Source: Paraspadella gotoi | Lineage: Eukaryota > Animalia > Chaetognatha | Direction of reading: 5' to 3' | NCBI GenBank assembly: GCA_051294375.1 | Contig: JBJCIZ010000451.1 | Coordinates: 1-43,942 of the forward strand | DNA: 43,942 nt | Shown: positions 23,665 to 37,200 of the stretch, piece by piece | Layout of the letters: each line of letters opens with the position of its first letter | How positions within the stretch are numbered: the stretch's first letter is position 1 | Made by a program: the position numbers and the translations under genes | Notes under the pieces: model-generated | Told to the model about the DNA's origin: nothing | Seen by the model: the letters and a program-made list of their open reading frames with translations, nothing else | Databases searched by the model: none

Positions 23665-26580
23665 TTATTCAAATTGCAATTTTGTTAGGATTGAACTACG
23701 AACCTTCAGGGGGTCAATCCCATTTCTTAATGGCTTATCGCCACTTCGGGTTCTACATATAATAGATATTCCATTCTTCTCCATAACTATTGCTAGCATG
23801 TGAAATAACCATATGTAAAACAATAAGAACACTATAATCGGGTATAGCATTATATGTTTCTCTAGTAGATGTCCACTGCCGCATAATTATTTGTAACTTA
23901 CCAGTTCATTCATCTCAAACCATTCACAAATTTAGATTTCACTCTTACCGTTCATCTCACCTTGTTAATGTTTAGTAATTCATTCATTGTTACTTATTGA
24001 ATCTGATATTGTTTTATTAATGTGTCATTAGTATTATGCTTTATATTCTTTGTTAATTGCCATATAGAATATCTTCATGCTTGATTATTTTATTAAGGTG
24101 CTGTTTTTATTGGATATGAACAAAATAAAACTTTGTTCTGGGAAAACATTTAATCATTCCAAAATAAAGAACATTCGAAGTCAGACATACNNNNNNNNNN
24201 NNNNNNNNNNNNNNNTACGTAGACGCACGTGGCGCTCCTAGTCTAACCGCCACAATTTAAATAATTTATATCTATTTTAAATATTTTTATATANNNNNNN
24301 NNNTAAAATTTATTTTAAAGTAAAAAAAAATTAACTAAAAATTAAAAAAATGAGAAATGAGGACTCATTTAAATTGAATGTTCTGTAAAGAAAAATTGAT
24401 AAAAATTGAATTNNNNNNNNNNTATCATAAATGGTAAGAACTTATCTTTAACATTGTTATCTCAGAAGTAACATTTCATAACAGTTCCGTACAATATATA
24501 AAAGTTAACCGACAGTACCATTGGGACACACTGTACATCCTAGGAAATTCAAATTAATGCTTTATTTAATGGTATATCTGAATTTCAATACTTTTGAGTA
24601 TTAAAAGAGTAATTAATTTATATTTTTAAAAATAATAAAATTGAATGTTCATCAAAAAAGTTTCTTTAAGGGAACCCAGTGATCGAGGGGGGTCAGGGGG
24701 GTAAAGCTGAATCATCAATAACGTTGGTCCTTCAATCTCCCCCGATTCCAAAAATGTAATTCTTTCTTCTTCGTAGTCCAATGGGAAAGTGGTCAAAAAA
24801 AATTCGATGTTGTGCAAGCTCAGCCTATTGTTTGTTTAAAAATTCGGAAGGGGCAAATCTTTTTCCAAGATTTCGATCTTTTTCCTTTCAACATCCGGCA
24901 ATCACCACTCATATTTTTTATGCCGAGGTAAATAGGTTCTTTGAATTTTTTTTTTTGTTTTCTCTCTCCAAGCTTTACACTAAAAATTAATTCTTTTGAA
25001 TTCTATCCCTGACAATGAGCTGAGGTATTACCGAACATTTAACGAAAAAGACAAAAAACGCAAATAGAAAATAGAGTAATGTATCTGCCAAAACGAACGG
25101 CTTGCGAAGACGAAAAAAGTGGTATAACAATTAAATAACAAACAAACATACGTAACGAAAACGTCGATGAAAATGTATAGACATAAGACGGGACACAACA
25201 ACAAACACTATTTGTCATTGAATGTTCTTTTAATTTACCGAAATTTAATTAACACCCACCGAGTGATTGATAGAATGAGAGGAGAAAGCGTAAAAAAAAT
25301 AATAGATGAACCAAAGTATGCATTTTTCAATTTTAATTATAAGATTGTTGTTGCAAAATTCAATTTCAGCCCGGCAACGTATTTCGCTGGTTGTCGTTTT
25401 CTTGTTCTTTTCTATTTCTGTGCTTAAACTAAATATTGCGTTTATAGAGTTAAATTTTTACTTTTCTATTATCCACGGTATTTACTTCTTTCCTTAACCT
25501 TTAATAATTTCATTATGATTTAGCATTTCAATTATCATCCGCATTTTATTGTTCTGGATATATTATGTTCTCGCTAGTTCTTCTTCCGTAAGATGTTGAG
25601 GTGTCTATCGACTTTCCCCGTTCTGGAGTTGCCTACTCCTTTTCTTCGTGAACGCTGATTAATTTTTTTTTCTTCCATAATAATAATATTACATTAAAAT
25701 GGAAATAATTGTGCGAAATGTAGTTAAAAAATTATATGTGATGACACTTCTTCTTTCACCTCTGAGTAAGGATATTTTAAATCATGTTTTATTTATTCAA
25801 ATCAATTCAACTATCATCATATCGGATCCAACGTACCTTCCAAATTATCCTTTGTATCAATACAGTTTCCAACCCATGCTATGCAGAAGAAGGGAGAAGC
25901 GCTCTTTATCATTCTCTTCCGATCTACTTCTCTTTACTATTAAATTAAATATTCTTGTTGCAAACCTACACCCGCCATACTCATTCCTAGGGATACACTC
26001 TCTCCTCCATGGCAAATGAATATCACATAGGGCATGAGAAATGTTCGGACTTCTCCATATATATTCCCCGAAATGAACATCTCTTGTTTTGACTATTTTA
26101 AGTAGGGTTTTACTCATTTTGATCCACTTTCTTTCCCCGTCCTTAATCCTGTGCGTCGTACTGTTAAGGAGAAGATAGTCAACCACATTTAAAATTCCTT
26201 TATCAGAAGGAGGCCCAGATCCAATGCCAAGACTTTCCTGCATTAAAATAATAAATATTTCCAAATTCAATTGTTTTGGAAATAAATGACTCTCAACCCA
26301 TACGCCTGAAATATGTTAAGAAGGAACTGGGATGGCGTTATTCAGCTAAAAGGTTTAGGGGAATGCGGAGATCAATTAAAATAATTTTCCATAAATATCT
26401 GCAGTTCCCCTTGTACGATCATTGTCACACAAGGAGAGTGGGAAATTTTTTCTTCTTGTTTTCAGGACACCCCTTCCCCGCGGAGGAATAATAAAATTAC
26501 CGCCACCACCTATTCGAAAATTCCTTTTAAATTGATAGACAGTCCCGTCTGCGAATTCTATCACCAGGTCTTAAGTGCGA
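23665..26580 (-). CDS. Multi-exon protein-coding gene of unknown function on the - strand, with micro-introns (5' part heavily error-ridden; 5' end unknown)
   Basis: Removing GT-AG segments 23876-23901 (26 nt, GTAAGT donor) and 23787-23809 (23 nt) gives WTSTRETYNAIPDYSVLIVLHM|LWRRMEYLLYVEPEVAISH. One indel joins this to NGIDPEGSWFNPTKLQFE*, read from copy 1. Further exon-like purine-rich stretches follow AG acceptors near 24980 and 26240 (e.g. LPDVERKKIEILEKDLPLPNF, FPLDYEEERITF). A 29-nt GT-AG segment lies at 25937-25965. Confidence 0.55.
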
Positions 26581-28230
26581 TTCACTCCAGTTTTTTTATG
26601 CGAGCTCTGGGTGCCCGGGTCCCCATTAAAGCCTGAGAGAGATTATCAGAGTTAAGTTTTCCTGAGATTGTTTGGGAAGGTATTAATACCCGAGAGGAGG
26701 TGTCCTTGTTAGACTTGCTATAACGGAGCTTCTAAGCTTTTATACGCGCAAGAGGTATAATATGCGAGTAGTCGGGGAAATAGAAGGGGAAAGAAAATTG
26801 AAAATGTTTTATCAAGGTATCGAAAAAATTCTTAAGCGTTTTTTATTGTTGTGTCACTAGCGAACTGGAAATGTCACATGGAAATTGCAACAAAAATGTA
26901 AGTATATTATATTCTGTACTGGGTTCCAAAAAGTGCAACTTCCCCAAAAACTCTATTTTAATAATAATACATTCAAGGATAATAGTCGAGCTAAGGTCTC
27001 ACTAAATTTGTTTTTAATATTGTATATAAATGTTAAGAGACATATGGTGGACTAAAATCCACCAACCGGTTTCATTCATGCGGCCAATTGGGTCGCCGGA
27101 GCAAGTCCATTCCCTCCCAACACTCAAGAGGTTCAGCGTGGGTTTTAAGTCCGGTGGTCGATTTCCTAAAATGCAGTTTAAGAATAGGAAAGGAAATGGG
27201 ACCGGGGCCCCCCCCCCCCTGTAAAACCCGCCTGTAACACGGTGCGATACGCCCGGGATCCCAACAGCAAGACTCACCGTAGAGACAGCTATAACCTAGT
27301 TAAGACGGCTTCGGATGTCACTACCACATAGCGTCTTATGTAATAATCTAGATCTCTCCTACAAATACAAATTAGATATATAATGAATCAAGAAAATGAA
27401 TATAACTATTGGCTTTTGGCGGGTTACTTTTAAACTGTTCGCCGACCGGGGTAGGGAACGAGTTAGGGATAAGGTGGTTTAGGTGGTTTAGAGATTTAGG
27501 ATAGTTAGGGTTTACGGGGTTAGGTAATAGATTTAATTTTAAAATTTTTTTTAAAAAAAATAAATCTATGTGTTCAAAAGTAATTTTTTCAAATTTCTCT
27601 CAATTCCGCTGCGCTTCCCCAATACGCCGGCGGTGCGAATACGCCGAAAATTTGAGCCGCACTTTCATAACGATATATGCATATTTTTTTGAAAAAACAT
27701 TAAACAATTCCGTAATAGCGGCGATAAGGAATAGGAATATTTCGAGTTCTCGTGTTCCAAATCCAGAACAATTGGACGTGTTAGGACCCTGCCCGGGTCC
27801 GATCCTATCCTAAATCACTGCTCATATCCCACCCATCACGATAAATCCCTTGTGAACGAAGATTAAAGTTCGAAACTCAGCCATAATCACGAATAGGGTC
27901 TGATAACCAAAATTAAAAGTTAAAATTAAAATAAAAAATAGTCTACAATCCAGCTCATGATTCAATTTGCACAGATTAATTCGCACATGACTGTTTTCGA
28001 GAATGCGCAATTGGTCCGACTCCTCTTTAGGTCCTTTGTTGCTGTCGACATATACAAAGTACGTCAAACATGTACTCCGCCTCTGAAAAAGGCCATGGCT
28101 TCGCATCGTGGCATCCCAGAGACCGCTCCGTAACAAAGAAAGAGGTTCTATCCCATCCGCATTTTAGAGATATAATATTATATATAAGATATCATATATT
28201 TATAAATATAATATAATACACATTTATCAA
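26580..28230 (+). repeat. Insertion-rich copy of 42008-43942
   Basis: Shared anchors in the same order: aaatagaaggggaaa, cttaagcgttttt, cacatggaaattgcaacaaaaatgtaa, tatggtggactaaaatccaccaaccg, gatagttagggttt, cgtaacaaagaaaga, cgcattttagagatataatattatatataagat. Confidence 0.9.
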
Positions 28231-28239
28231 TATAATATC

Positions 28240-31200
28240 AATTTTTAGGGAAAGTTTCAGCGGGAAAAGAAGTTCTCCACTAATAAACGAGCCACAAAAC
28301 AATCCTCTTCCTTACGCAAACCGCTGCGGTTGCTCGTCTCCACTCTCTGTTACGCAAGGCCATGGGCTTTTGGATTCTTGATTCGCGGTAGCAAGCAATT
28401 ATGCGACGTATTGGGTCCAATAATATGATGTTAAGTTGCGAACAAGCAAAAGCTCCTTTGATTTCATTTGTTCGGATTTATATTTTAACGTTTGAAATAT
28501 TAGCCTCGAGCGCCTCCACCTCAAACAATGTAACACGTAGAAGAACATCCTTCCTGTACTGTTTCTACATCCCCTGCGTATCCATTCTTTCAAATGCGCA
28601 CATTACTTCGTAAGGACTCTCACGTGTTAGACGTATTTGCGAAATCCCGTGAAGCAGTCCAGAATTATTTTTAACATAAATATAAAGAGGAATGGTTCAT
28701 ATTGACGTTAGCAGCCAAAACATTGGAGCTTATTATCAAGCTTGAGAAAATAGTTCTTTATATAGCCCTTTTAAATTTATTAATTTATCGGGTAAGTCCG
28801 ATTTCAAAATGTAGATAGAGAAAAAAACCATGGGCACCTTTTTTTCATTATATATATCTATTCTCACCAGAGCAAAATAATAGAGAGATTGGTTTCCTTA
28901 TAATCAATTGAAAATTGAAGAACGGAAAAGCTGATGTTTAATCTTGTAATACGTAAGATTTTACGAAAGAGGTTTCTTGGTCTGGGTGAGTCAGAACCGG
29001 AGGTGCAACTTTAAATGCATTTTAATACATGACCAAAAATGAAAATCCCGCTCGCCCTTCAGCGCGGGTAGCTCCACCTCTCGATGCCCTGCCCAAGACC
29101 CTACACTTTCCAAGAATCTACCCATATATTACTATTTATAAAGGCTTGACCATGCGAGATTTTATATACGAACTCGATTTCAAGCGGAACAACTTGATCT
29201 CACAACACCAATCGACATCTTGTACGATGTTAAGAGAGAGTCACGAGCGACGCAGGAGAGAGGCAGGGACGAGCACAGCGACCGAAACGACTGACAAAGG
29301 GAGAACGAGAGAGAATGCGATCCCACTGAGTAAGACGAGGAATCGGGTGCACGGCATAGTAGGGAGGGAATCGAGGAGGAATTCTAATTAAGAGAGACCT
29401 TCTCAGGTAAAACTCGAGTGGATGAGCACCGCACTGATTCGAAATATAAAAACCGGCAAATACACAAACTCTAGGACCGCCCGGACGAATGGACTAATTA
29501 GATATTGAAATACGGAAGGGACCGTAACGAATGAAAATCAATGCAATAAGACGACGCATAAGAACCGGGGTAAAAACCGAAATAGGAATAGTATTTAAGC
29601 GGCTTCGAACCGCGTGGAATTCGAGATTTCAGATCAATCTTTTCTTCGTTTTATTAATGTCTTCCTGGAAAATTTTTTATTTGGATTAACGAGCAATACG
29701 GCGAAATTCAAGAGGGATGAAAAAGACCTGGTAGGCTCAACTTTTATCATAATTCTATTTGAATACCGGGACTGCTCAGAGTAATTCACTGCTGCCCGAA
29801 TGGTATTTACAGCAGGCACTATAACCGTTTATCAAGGACATTTGCTTGACAGAAATTATTTGAGATCTCTCTTAGCTTTTCTCGAGGGCGTCTGCCAGCT
29901 CTCTTACTTGGTCTTTCTACTCTCATCCCCTTCGTCTCCCTGATTTCATCCACCTAGATTATCTGTGCGTGTCATCTCCTCATCCTCGTCATTCTCATTC
30001 TTAACTAACTCTTTCCTACCAATTGAAATGAATTTGAAATTTAGAATGCAATGTTAATAAATAAACCAATTCTCGATATTTTGTAATAAAAATCTTTTAT
30101 GCCAATAGTAAATTAGGATATTAATGTGTTGGAAAAAACACAAGTGAGAAAAGGAAAAAGAGAGAATTTAAAAAAAGAGAGATCTGAAACATATTAAAAA
30201 AAATCAGGTTGTAAATAGACAGATCCGACTCTTTTTGTCATAACTCGATGCGGAAAGAAATATAACACGTTTTAAATGCGTGATGTTATTGACAAAGTCA
30301 TTGAAATAACGATGAACTGTCATTGTTTGATAAACAAATATCACGATTGTCTTATATTGGTTTTAAAACAACTTTTACAAAAAGTACAATGATTAAATAA
30401 GATCGACGATTACGACGAGCGTTTCACTGTCCAGACATCCCTCAGTAACCACAACACAAAGAATTTTATTTCCAATCCATCACCATTCAGTTCCTAATCC
30501 AATCACGAAGAAAAAAAGAAGAGGAGAGAAGCAATTGGAGATTGATGTTATGCTAAAGGTAAGGGACGGAGACACGGGACGGACAGACAAAGAAGAGACA
30601 GAAGGACATATTTGTTTTTTATGGCATGAGAGGTATAGCGGACATGAAATAGCAAAGTAGAAACCTGTTTTATGTTTGCGTTGTTATTTAGGAATGTAGA
30701 GGAAAGAAAAGAATGCAGATTAGTTTACTAATGTAATAAAATCTTAAGACATTTGCAATTCTTCTCTCAAATTCAATAAATTTTATCAATAATTCGTATA
30801 GTTCTGACAATGATTTACAGTGATTGCGCGCCGACCAAGATTGAGGTTTGCGGACCGATGGACCGACAAAGTGAATCAGACTAGATTCCGGACTCAAAGA
30901 ATGGATACCGCACCAACGCAACCCCATACATTAAATTCCCACAACTTTTTTTGTCAAATAGCGACGTTTGTATAAACATAGCGAGATTTTCCCATTTTCG
31001 TATCCACCGATTGGAACTTATAGGCGCATTGATAAAATATGGAGGCTTCAAAAAAAAATTGCAATAAACACATTTAATAAAATGGGTTTTCATTAAAAAT
31101 TTTCGAAAATAAGAATTACCCTTCTTCATTGCAGACAGAACTTAATGAATAAGGACTTGCAAAACTTGTTAATTGAGTGTTTTAATGGTTTGGGTCAAAG

Positions 31201-34200
31201 ATGTGTTATATAAGAGTAAATGTGTTTGGGAACTTTCAACTTTATTTTGCGAGTAATACAGATCTTTAGAGTAAAATCGACAGTATTCATTCTAGGAGAC
31301 CTAAATTCCGCTTTCAATGTCGTCAATGTGACACACCTATCGAACAGGGTAAACACGGTTCAGTTTGTGAGTACATCTTTGCGTACGCGGCTCGGAACTT
31401 CGGTCACTCAGTTTGAGAGAGATTAACAAAGAAGACGGTTATCACGACCAAGGCAATCCCTCAACTCTTGTTCCACCGTTCCAAGTGGAACGAAAAATCA
31501 ACTTAGTACAGCGGCGGCGTCTCGAAGTATCATCTTCCCCAATACTTGGTTGTCCGAGTCAAATTGTAGGGTTTGAACCGAAAAATTGACTCGGATAATT
31601 CGAAGACAGCCTAAGCTCGTTGGCCATTCCTCTGGTAACATGGTCGAGAGCGGCCCTGTGGATGCCGCGTATGCCATTGTATCCAGGGCCGAATCCTTCA
31701 AAGCCGAGGGTCCGAAGACACATTAACAATGGGAACCTTAGCCAGCCCAATCAATTTTTTCGGGCATACGGCAATTGACATACGCAGATTGTTATCCTGT
31801 TGTTAAGATTTACGGGACCCATAATCATTGTCGCAAATCAATTAGGTGGAGTTCTAAGAATCGATGTCCAGGAAATGAGCGAATTGAGCAACATGCCGCG
31901 CAGTTGACCAACCGCCCATCGAACAGCCCAAAAGAAATTGGAGTGACGGCACAAGAGACTCAGCGAAAAATACATATCTCGAGAAGGCTTCTGTTTTCGT
32001 ACTCCGCATTCCCAATCTGAATGTCCTGAAAGCAACATAGTATGGACTCCTTCCGGTCCTCTTTCTGCGTTTCTTGCATTTTTAAATCGAGCAAAGACCT
32101 CTTCGGATTTTGTGAGAGTCTGTAAACAACGGCTACCTTGTAGATTTAACTTAGCTAGCCTTCGGCTATTTTCCTCTCCCGATGCCAGATTTCCGCGCTC
32201 CGGTTATCAAAAAGTTTTTGCCTGGAACATTTCGGTGTGGAACTTATTGACTCAGTCTGCGGATATCATACAAGATTAATGAGAATAATTACTTCTTATC
32301 ATATCTCCTATGATCACTTGCACTACCTTAACCCTATTTAATTAATAATCTGTTATACGAAAAGGTAATTTAAAAAAATATCCGTGCAAAACCACAGCTA
32401 ATCAATATAATTTCAGATAAGGGATTATACACCAACTAAACCTCAAAATATTGAGTATATTCAATCGGTAATTAAATATCGCACAATTACTCTTTCATCA
32501 AAAAAAGAGCGGATTTCAATAAAGGTTACGACGTAACATGACTAAAACTTGAAGAAAAAAGTCATCCTTCTTCTGAAGAAAAAGAGGTACTTGATTTACT
32601 GACTTGATTTCCTGCACTAGAGATATAATTAATTAGTAATAAGAAGAGACTATTTAGATTTTAGAACATCAAAATGGCTTTCCTACCCTTGCTGTCTTAT
32701 CCTCTTTCTTCGAAGGCAGCTTTGTTTCGACGCACCGGGATATTTCCCAGGAATCAGCGGAAGAAGTCCGTATCTCAGATCACGTCTGAGTTACGATGTA
32801 GTCATGATACTGGATGCGATTAGGTACGTAAATGTGACGAAAACGCCCTCCTGGCAAACCCGGAGATGCAGCGGTAGCCACGCTTTGCAGTTAGTCCTAA
32901 ATCCAACCTCACCTATGAGTCGTCCGAGCCACAGACGCTGGTGGCCATGGAGAACGCCGGCAAGCACGTATTCTTAGCAGCAACGCCTCACCATGAAAAT
33001 ACAGACAAATACACGGGAAGGTGATGTAATGCTATAGCATTTTTCGCCGCTATACACAAACTACACACTTCAGCAGTTGAGCTTGCGTACGCCGGTATTG
33101 TTAAACCGCTTCGACAGAACCGAGGTGCCTATATTCCCTTGCGCGACGAAAGTCGTATAGACCTAGGAGCGAGTGTTGATATCATCGGGTATAACGAGTA
33201 TATTGCATTGCAGTCTATACGTCTCCTTGGTTGTTGTCTCGAGGCATTTTTACACGAGAAAAAAGAAGGCAACTCACAGTAGATTTATTCGTAACAACAC
33301 CAAGCCCGCGTGGACGTGGCGGTTGGTGCACGTGTCATGTGTGCTGCTGCCGTGACTGTTAGAGCAAAACGTCCCTGATTGGATCAATTAACAGCCTTAC
33401 CTGATTTTCCATTCACGGCGGCATCATCTGCTTAAAGTTTATTTCCCTAATGTTTTATCAGATAACGAATCGATTGGTCTGTGGTATTGAAACGCTCAAA
33501 AGCGCGACGGCGCTCCGGCGAGGAACTGAGCGTCGAATCGACTGTTATTAGCCAAGCCAAAACCCCCAGTAAGCCACGGGTACAATGCTCCCATAATCCC
33601 CACGCATCTTTTCTCTGAAGCAATGGCCCAGCATAGACGGGCGGCTTAAACGGCCCGGAGCGGGTCCTGCCGCCGAGTGGACGTTTTCTCCCGTCGCTTC
33701 GCTTCGGTTCTCGGCGGTAGTCTTTCCTCTTGTTCTATCCCACCATCGCAGTGTAAGTTACACCCGACCTTGGGATTGATAATCCTTTTGTTTCCGCCCG
33801 CGGTTTTTCTGAAGAGCTTGCCGATTACCTAATGTAGTTCGCGAGATGGTTCCTGAAAAATATGTAGGAAACATTTAAATAATAATCTGTGCTCAATATT
33901 TTGTGTGGTCACGTGTCCTTTGATCCACTCCCTTGTGTATTTTGTGATCTCCATAATATAGTTGCTTCTCATCTCTCTCTGGTCCTGCCCTTTCCTGAGA
34001 AAGGAGTGACCATAGTGATGGTGACCTTCGGAAGAGCTAGGGACCTAAAACACCTTCAAGAAAACTGCAGCTTGGGACGTTAAACAATTCTTATCACTTA
34101 AGAGTTAACACTGTTTTATAAGTTACTTTTTTAAAATTTAAATCTAACGGTTGAGATTTTTTTTACAAAAGTTATGTAACGTAAAAAACAACTGAGAAAA

Positions 34201-37200
34201 AATGAGATGTTTCTGCGTATCGAAATGTGAATAAGGTTAAAAAAAAAAGTCAGATTATTTTGTAGGTTGTTTATGCTATAATATTAAAAGTAATTTCTTT
34301 ATTTGAGCACGCGCGTCAATAAAAACAGATAATAATAACCAAGTCGTCTCCAGGCGGTATGGTCCATTCGAAAAAATTTATGAAAAACTACATTAGGCAC
34401 TGAGTACCGGTCTAGGAAAGAAAAGTAACGGTGACATAGGGACCTCCAATTTAGAAATTCCTGAAGGCAGCCTGGAGTAAGTACAAAGGATTCACCACTA
34501 CACTTATGATGATGAAAGATAAAGAAGGGTAGATAAGAAAGATCCACGGTACCAAATCGATTTAAAGTGTTAGTAGATAGAAATTCAACTGAAAAAAAGT
34601 CACTCATTTCCTCTTATTCGCCATCCATTTGTAATTCGTCCAATGGCATCCAGAAGTAAAGCATACTTTATTCTCCAGACGTACACCAATTCTCTTGACT
34701 CTAGGGTATCTTCGAGTCTTCTCTTCATAACCAGCAAATCTTTGAGTCGTAATTGTTCCACCCAGTTGAAAATGTCTTTCGATATCTTTAAATCGCAATC
34801 ATGCTCTCTTCTTTGCGCAGTCGTCATTCCGCCCCGATACATTAATAGTTAGCTGTCTCCCATCTGCCTTTCCCTCTATTTCCTGAATGTCTCAGCTATA
34901 ACCATAATATTTTTTTGAGCACCAGCAAAATGGTTCGTCTTCGGTCGAGAGAGCCTATACTAAGCTTCTCATCTTCTCTGCCTTCTAACATCAGTCTTCT
35001 GGCAGAAACGATTTATATCAGTGGCTTATGCGGAGACATTCTTAAAATCAGCATAAGACTCTCCCGCAACCGCCGGTGTCGATTGATCCACAATTTTGCT
35101 TCTATTTACAACAATACATAATTTTGAGACAACATATCCACTATATGCTAATCTCTTTAATGAAACAGAAAAATGAAAACAAAAAACAAAAAAGAATAAA
35201 TACTAAACCAGACTCATAATAATTATTTAGAAACGTTAAATGCAGGACAGTACGAGTATTAAAGAATTTTAGACAAGAGCTAAGTCTCGGAGGGAAGAAC
35301 ATTAAATTGAAAAGTACGTGTATGATATTTAGAAAAAACTTGCTTAACTTCCCAATAAGCGAGAGGGCAGTTTAAATTTGACTCTACGAATGCGACTGGA
35401 GGTCTATCAGAGGGATGGTGCTATATAAATCACATGATAGAAAGGACGCGCGTTTACAATAGCAATTCCCGAGGACAAAAAAGAAGAATAGTAGATAACT
35501 TAGATGAAACTAAAGAAAAGGATTGTATTATAAGGTAGAAGTATGTAGAGAGGTAGAAATACCAAAAAATAAAGTAAATTAATATATTTAAAACAAAATA
35601 TTATTCTAGATTAATCAATTTAGAATATTTAAAGGGAGAAAAAATCACACAAAAAATATCCGGACTGTTAACTTTGGGAAATAGGAATGGCCGATAAATA
35701 AAAGGTTTTTAGCAGGGAAAAATTAATCAGAATAAGAGAGAGAGAGAAAAGCCACATAGGGGACTTAGTCAGAAACCACAAATCTAGCGAAACAAAAAAG
35801 CACAACACCAGAAAAAAGAAAAGAGAATATAATACAAAAGAGGGCACAGGGCAGAAGTACTTGCAACCAGGAGAAAACGCAAATAAAAGAAGAAATAGAT
35901 ATGAAATACAGAGATAGTAAGATCATCCAAGCCGACCATATGAGAGCCAGATTCGACGGCAGACTCGTTGATTTATACTTCATTTCTTTCCGACCCCATT
36001 CTTTCCCTTTCTACTATGAAGTCATGACTAGGGAAAGAGAGAAGGAGAGAGACATGTGAATCATACGAAAACAGAAAAAAGAGAGAGAAAGCGAAACGAA
36101 ATTAGAATGTAAAATAGAAAAGAGAAAATTACTTTGTATAATATGATTGTATCCGAGATAAAACAAAACCGAAAAACTATGACATTTAATAACTGATCGT
36201 CCAGGACTAACAAACGTTTTAGCAACCCGAACAACAACAAGAAGCGCGATCGAAGATTATAGAAAAGCACTGTGAGTATAGATACAAGTTTTTGCAGCCC
36301 GACGTTCATACACCACCAACATGTACGTACTAATCATAAAAAACAAGCAACATGCTAATTTGGAAACCGCGACGACGACGTTTCCGACAGACAACGGAAC
36401 GACGACATTGCGACGATAAGAAAATAATGAATACCAAAAAACTGTGGTGACACGAAATTAAAACATACATTTTTTTTCGCTATCTTCTTTCGTCTTATTT
36501 TGGAGAAAGTAAACGAATATTAATTCTTGCCGACAGGTATTGTGATCCACTTTTTCTTAAATCTGCTGTTGGACCGCAATTAACAAAAAAACAGAATAGA
36601 TAATAATAAAACCATGAACTGAAAAGGAATTCAATATACAACACTTCGGAAACGTTCTGATTTAGAATTTAAATTAAATAAGTTTTCAGTAGATATCCTT
36701 TTATTAAATTTCATGACTACTTTTCTTCTAGCATAGTAACGGCATTCAATATTGAGCAAGAAAACATAAAAATGTTAAAACAATAAAAAATCCAATGAAA
36801 AACTAATATATAATGAAAATTTCTCACAGGTTTCCTAACAGACAATCTTTTCACTGAGAGATAAAATACATAACTATATTTGACACCGACAGAGCTACTA
36901 AAAAAGAAATCTAAACCCAACAACCATAAATCACAAGGAAATTAATAAACAGAAACTAAATTTTGCAATACCTCGAAGTTGATTCGTTTTTTTATTATGG
37001 TTTGCGTCCCACTACCGGCTGCTCTTAGGCAGATTCTTTGGCTTCCGAACCAATCCTCTTACAAGGGCTCATCCTCAAATCGAGGCTAATCCTATTCATC
37101 GGGTTTGCGCGCTGCTGCGCAACGGGCCTGACACAATGCGTGTCTGATGTGCCGCATTATCGCAAACGGTCTCTCGCTCCGTCGTGTACTTACCAAATAT

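Larger units (their letters stand above)
16871..23724 (+). repeat. Copy 2 of the direct duplication (insertion-rich, gap-free); carries copies of the + gene (~17100-20300), MITE, HINE-like element and SINE-like element
   Basis: Colinear with 1038-8990 throughout. It fills the N gaps of copy 1 and lacks the triplication. Confidence 0.95.

Noticed and set aside
1038-23724. Recent tandem gene duplication
   Set aside because: The copies differ by dense single-base indels that break the reading frames, are joined by junk and an inverted pass, and sit among fixed-length gaps. An assembly artefact is more parsimonious.
25820-26035. Two possible LDL-receptor class A motifs on the - strand (FIC..GECIP and FFC...GNCID, about 133 nt apart)
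   Set aside because: The first needs a frameshift, the conserved acidic DxSDE tail is not readable, and a 29-nt intron candidate lies between them. Not supportable without polished sequence.
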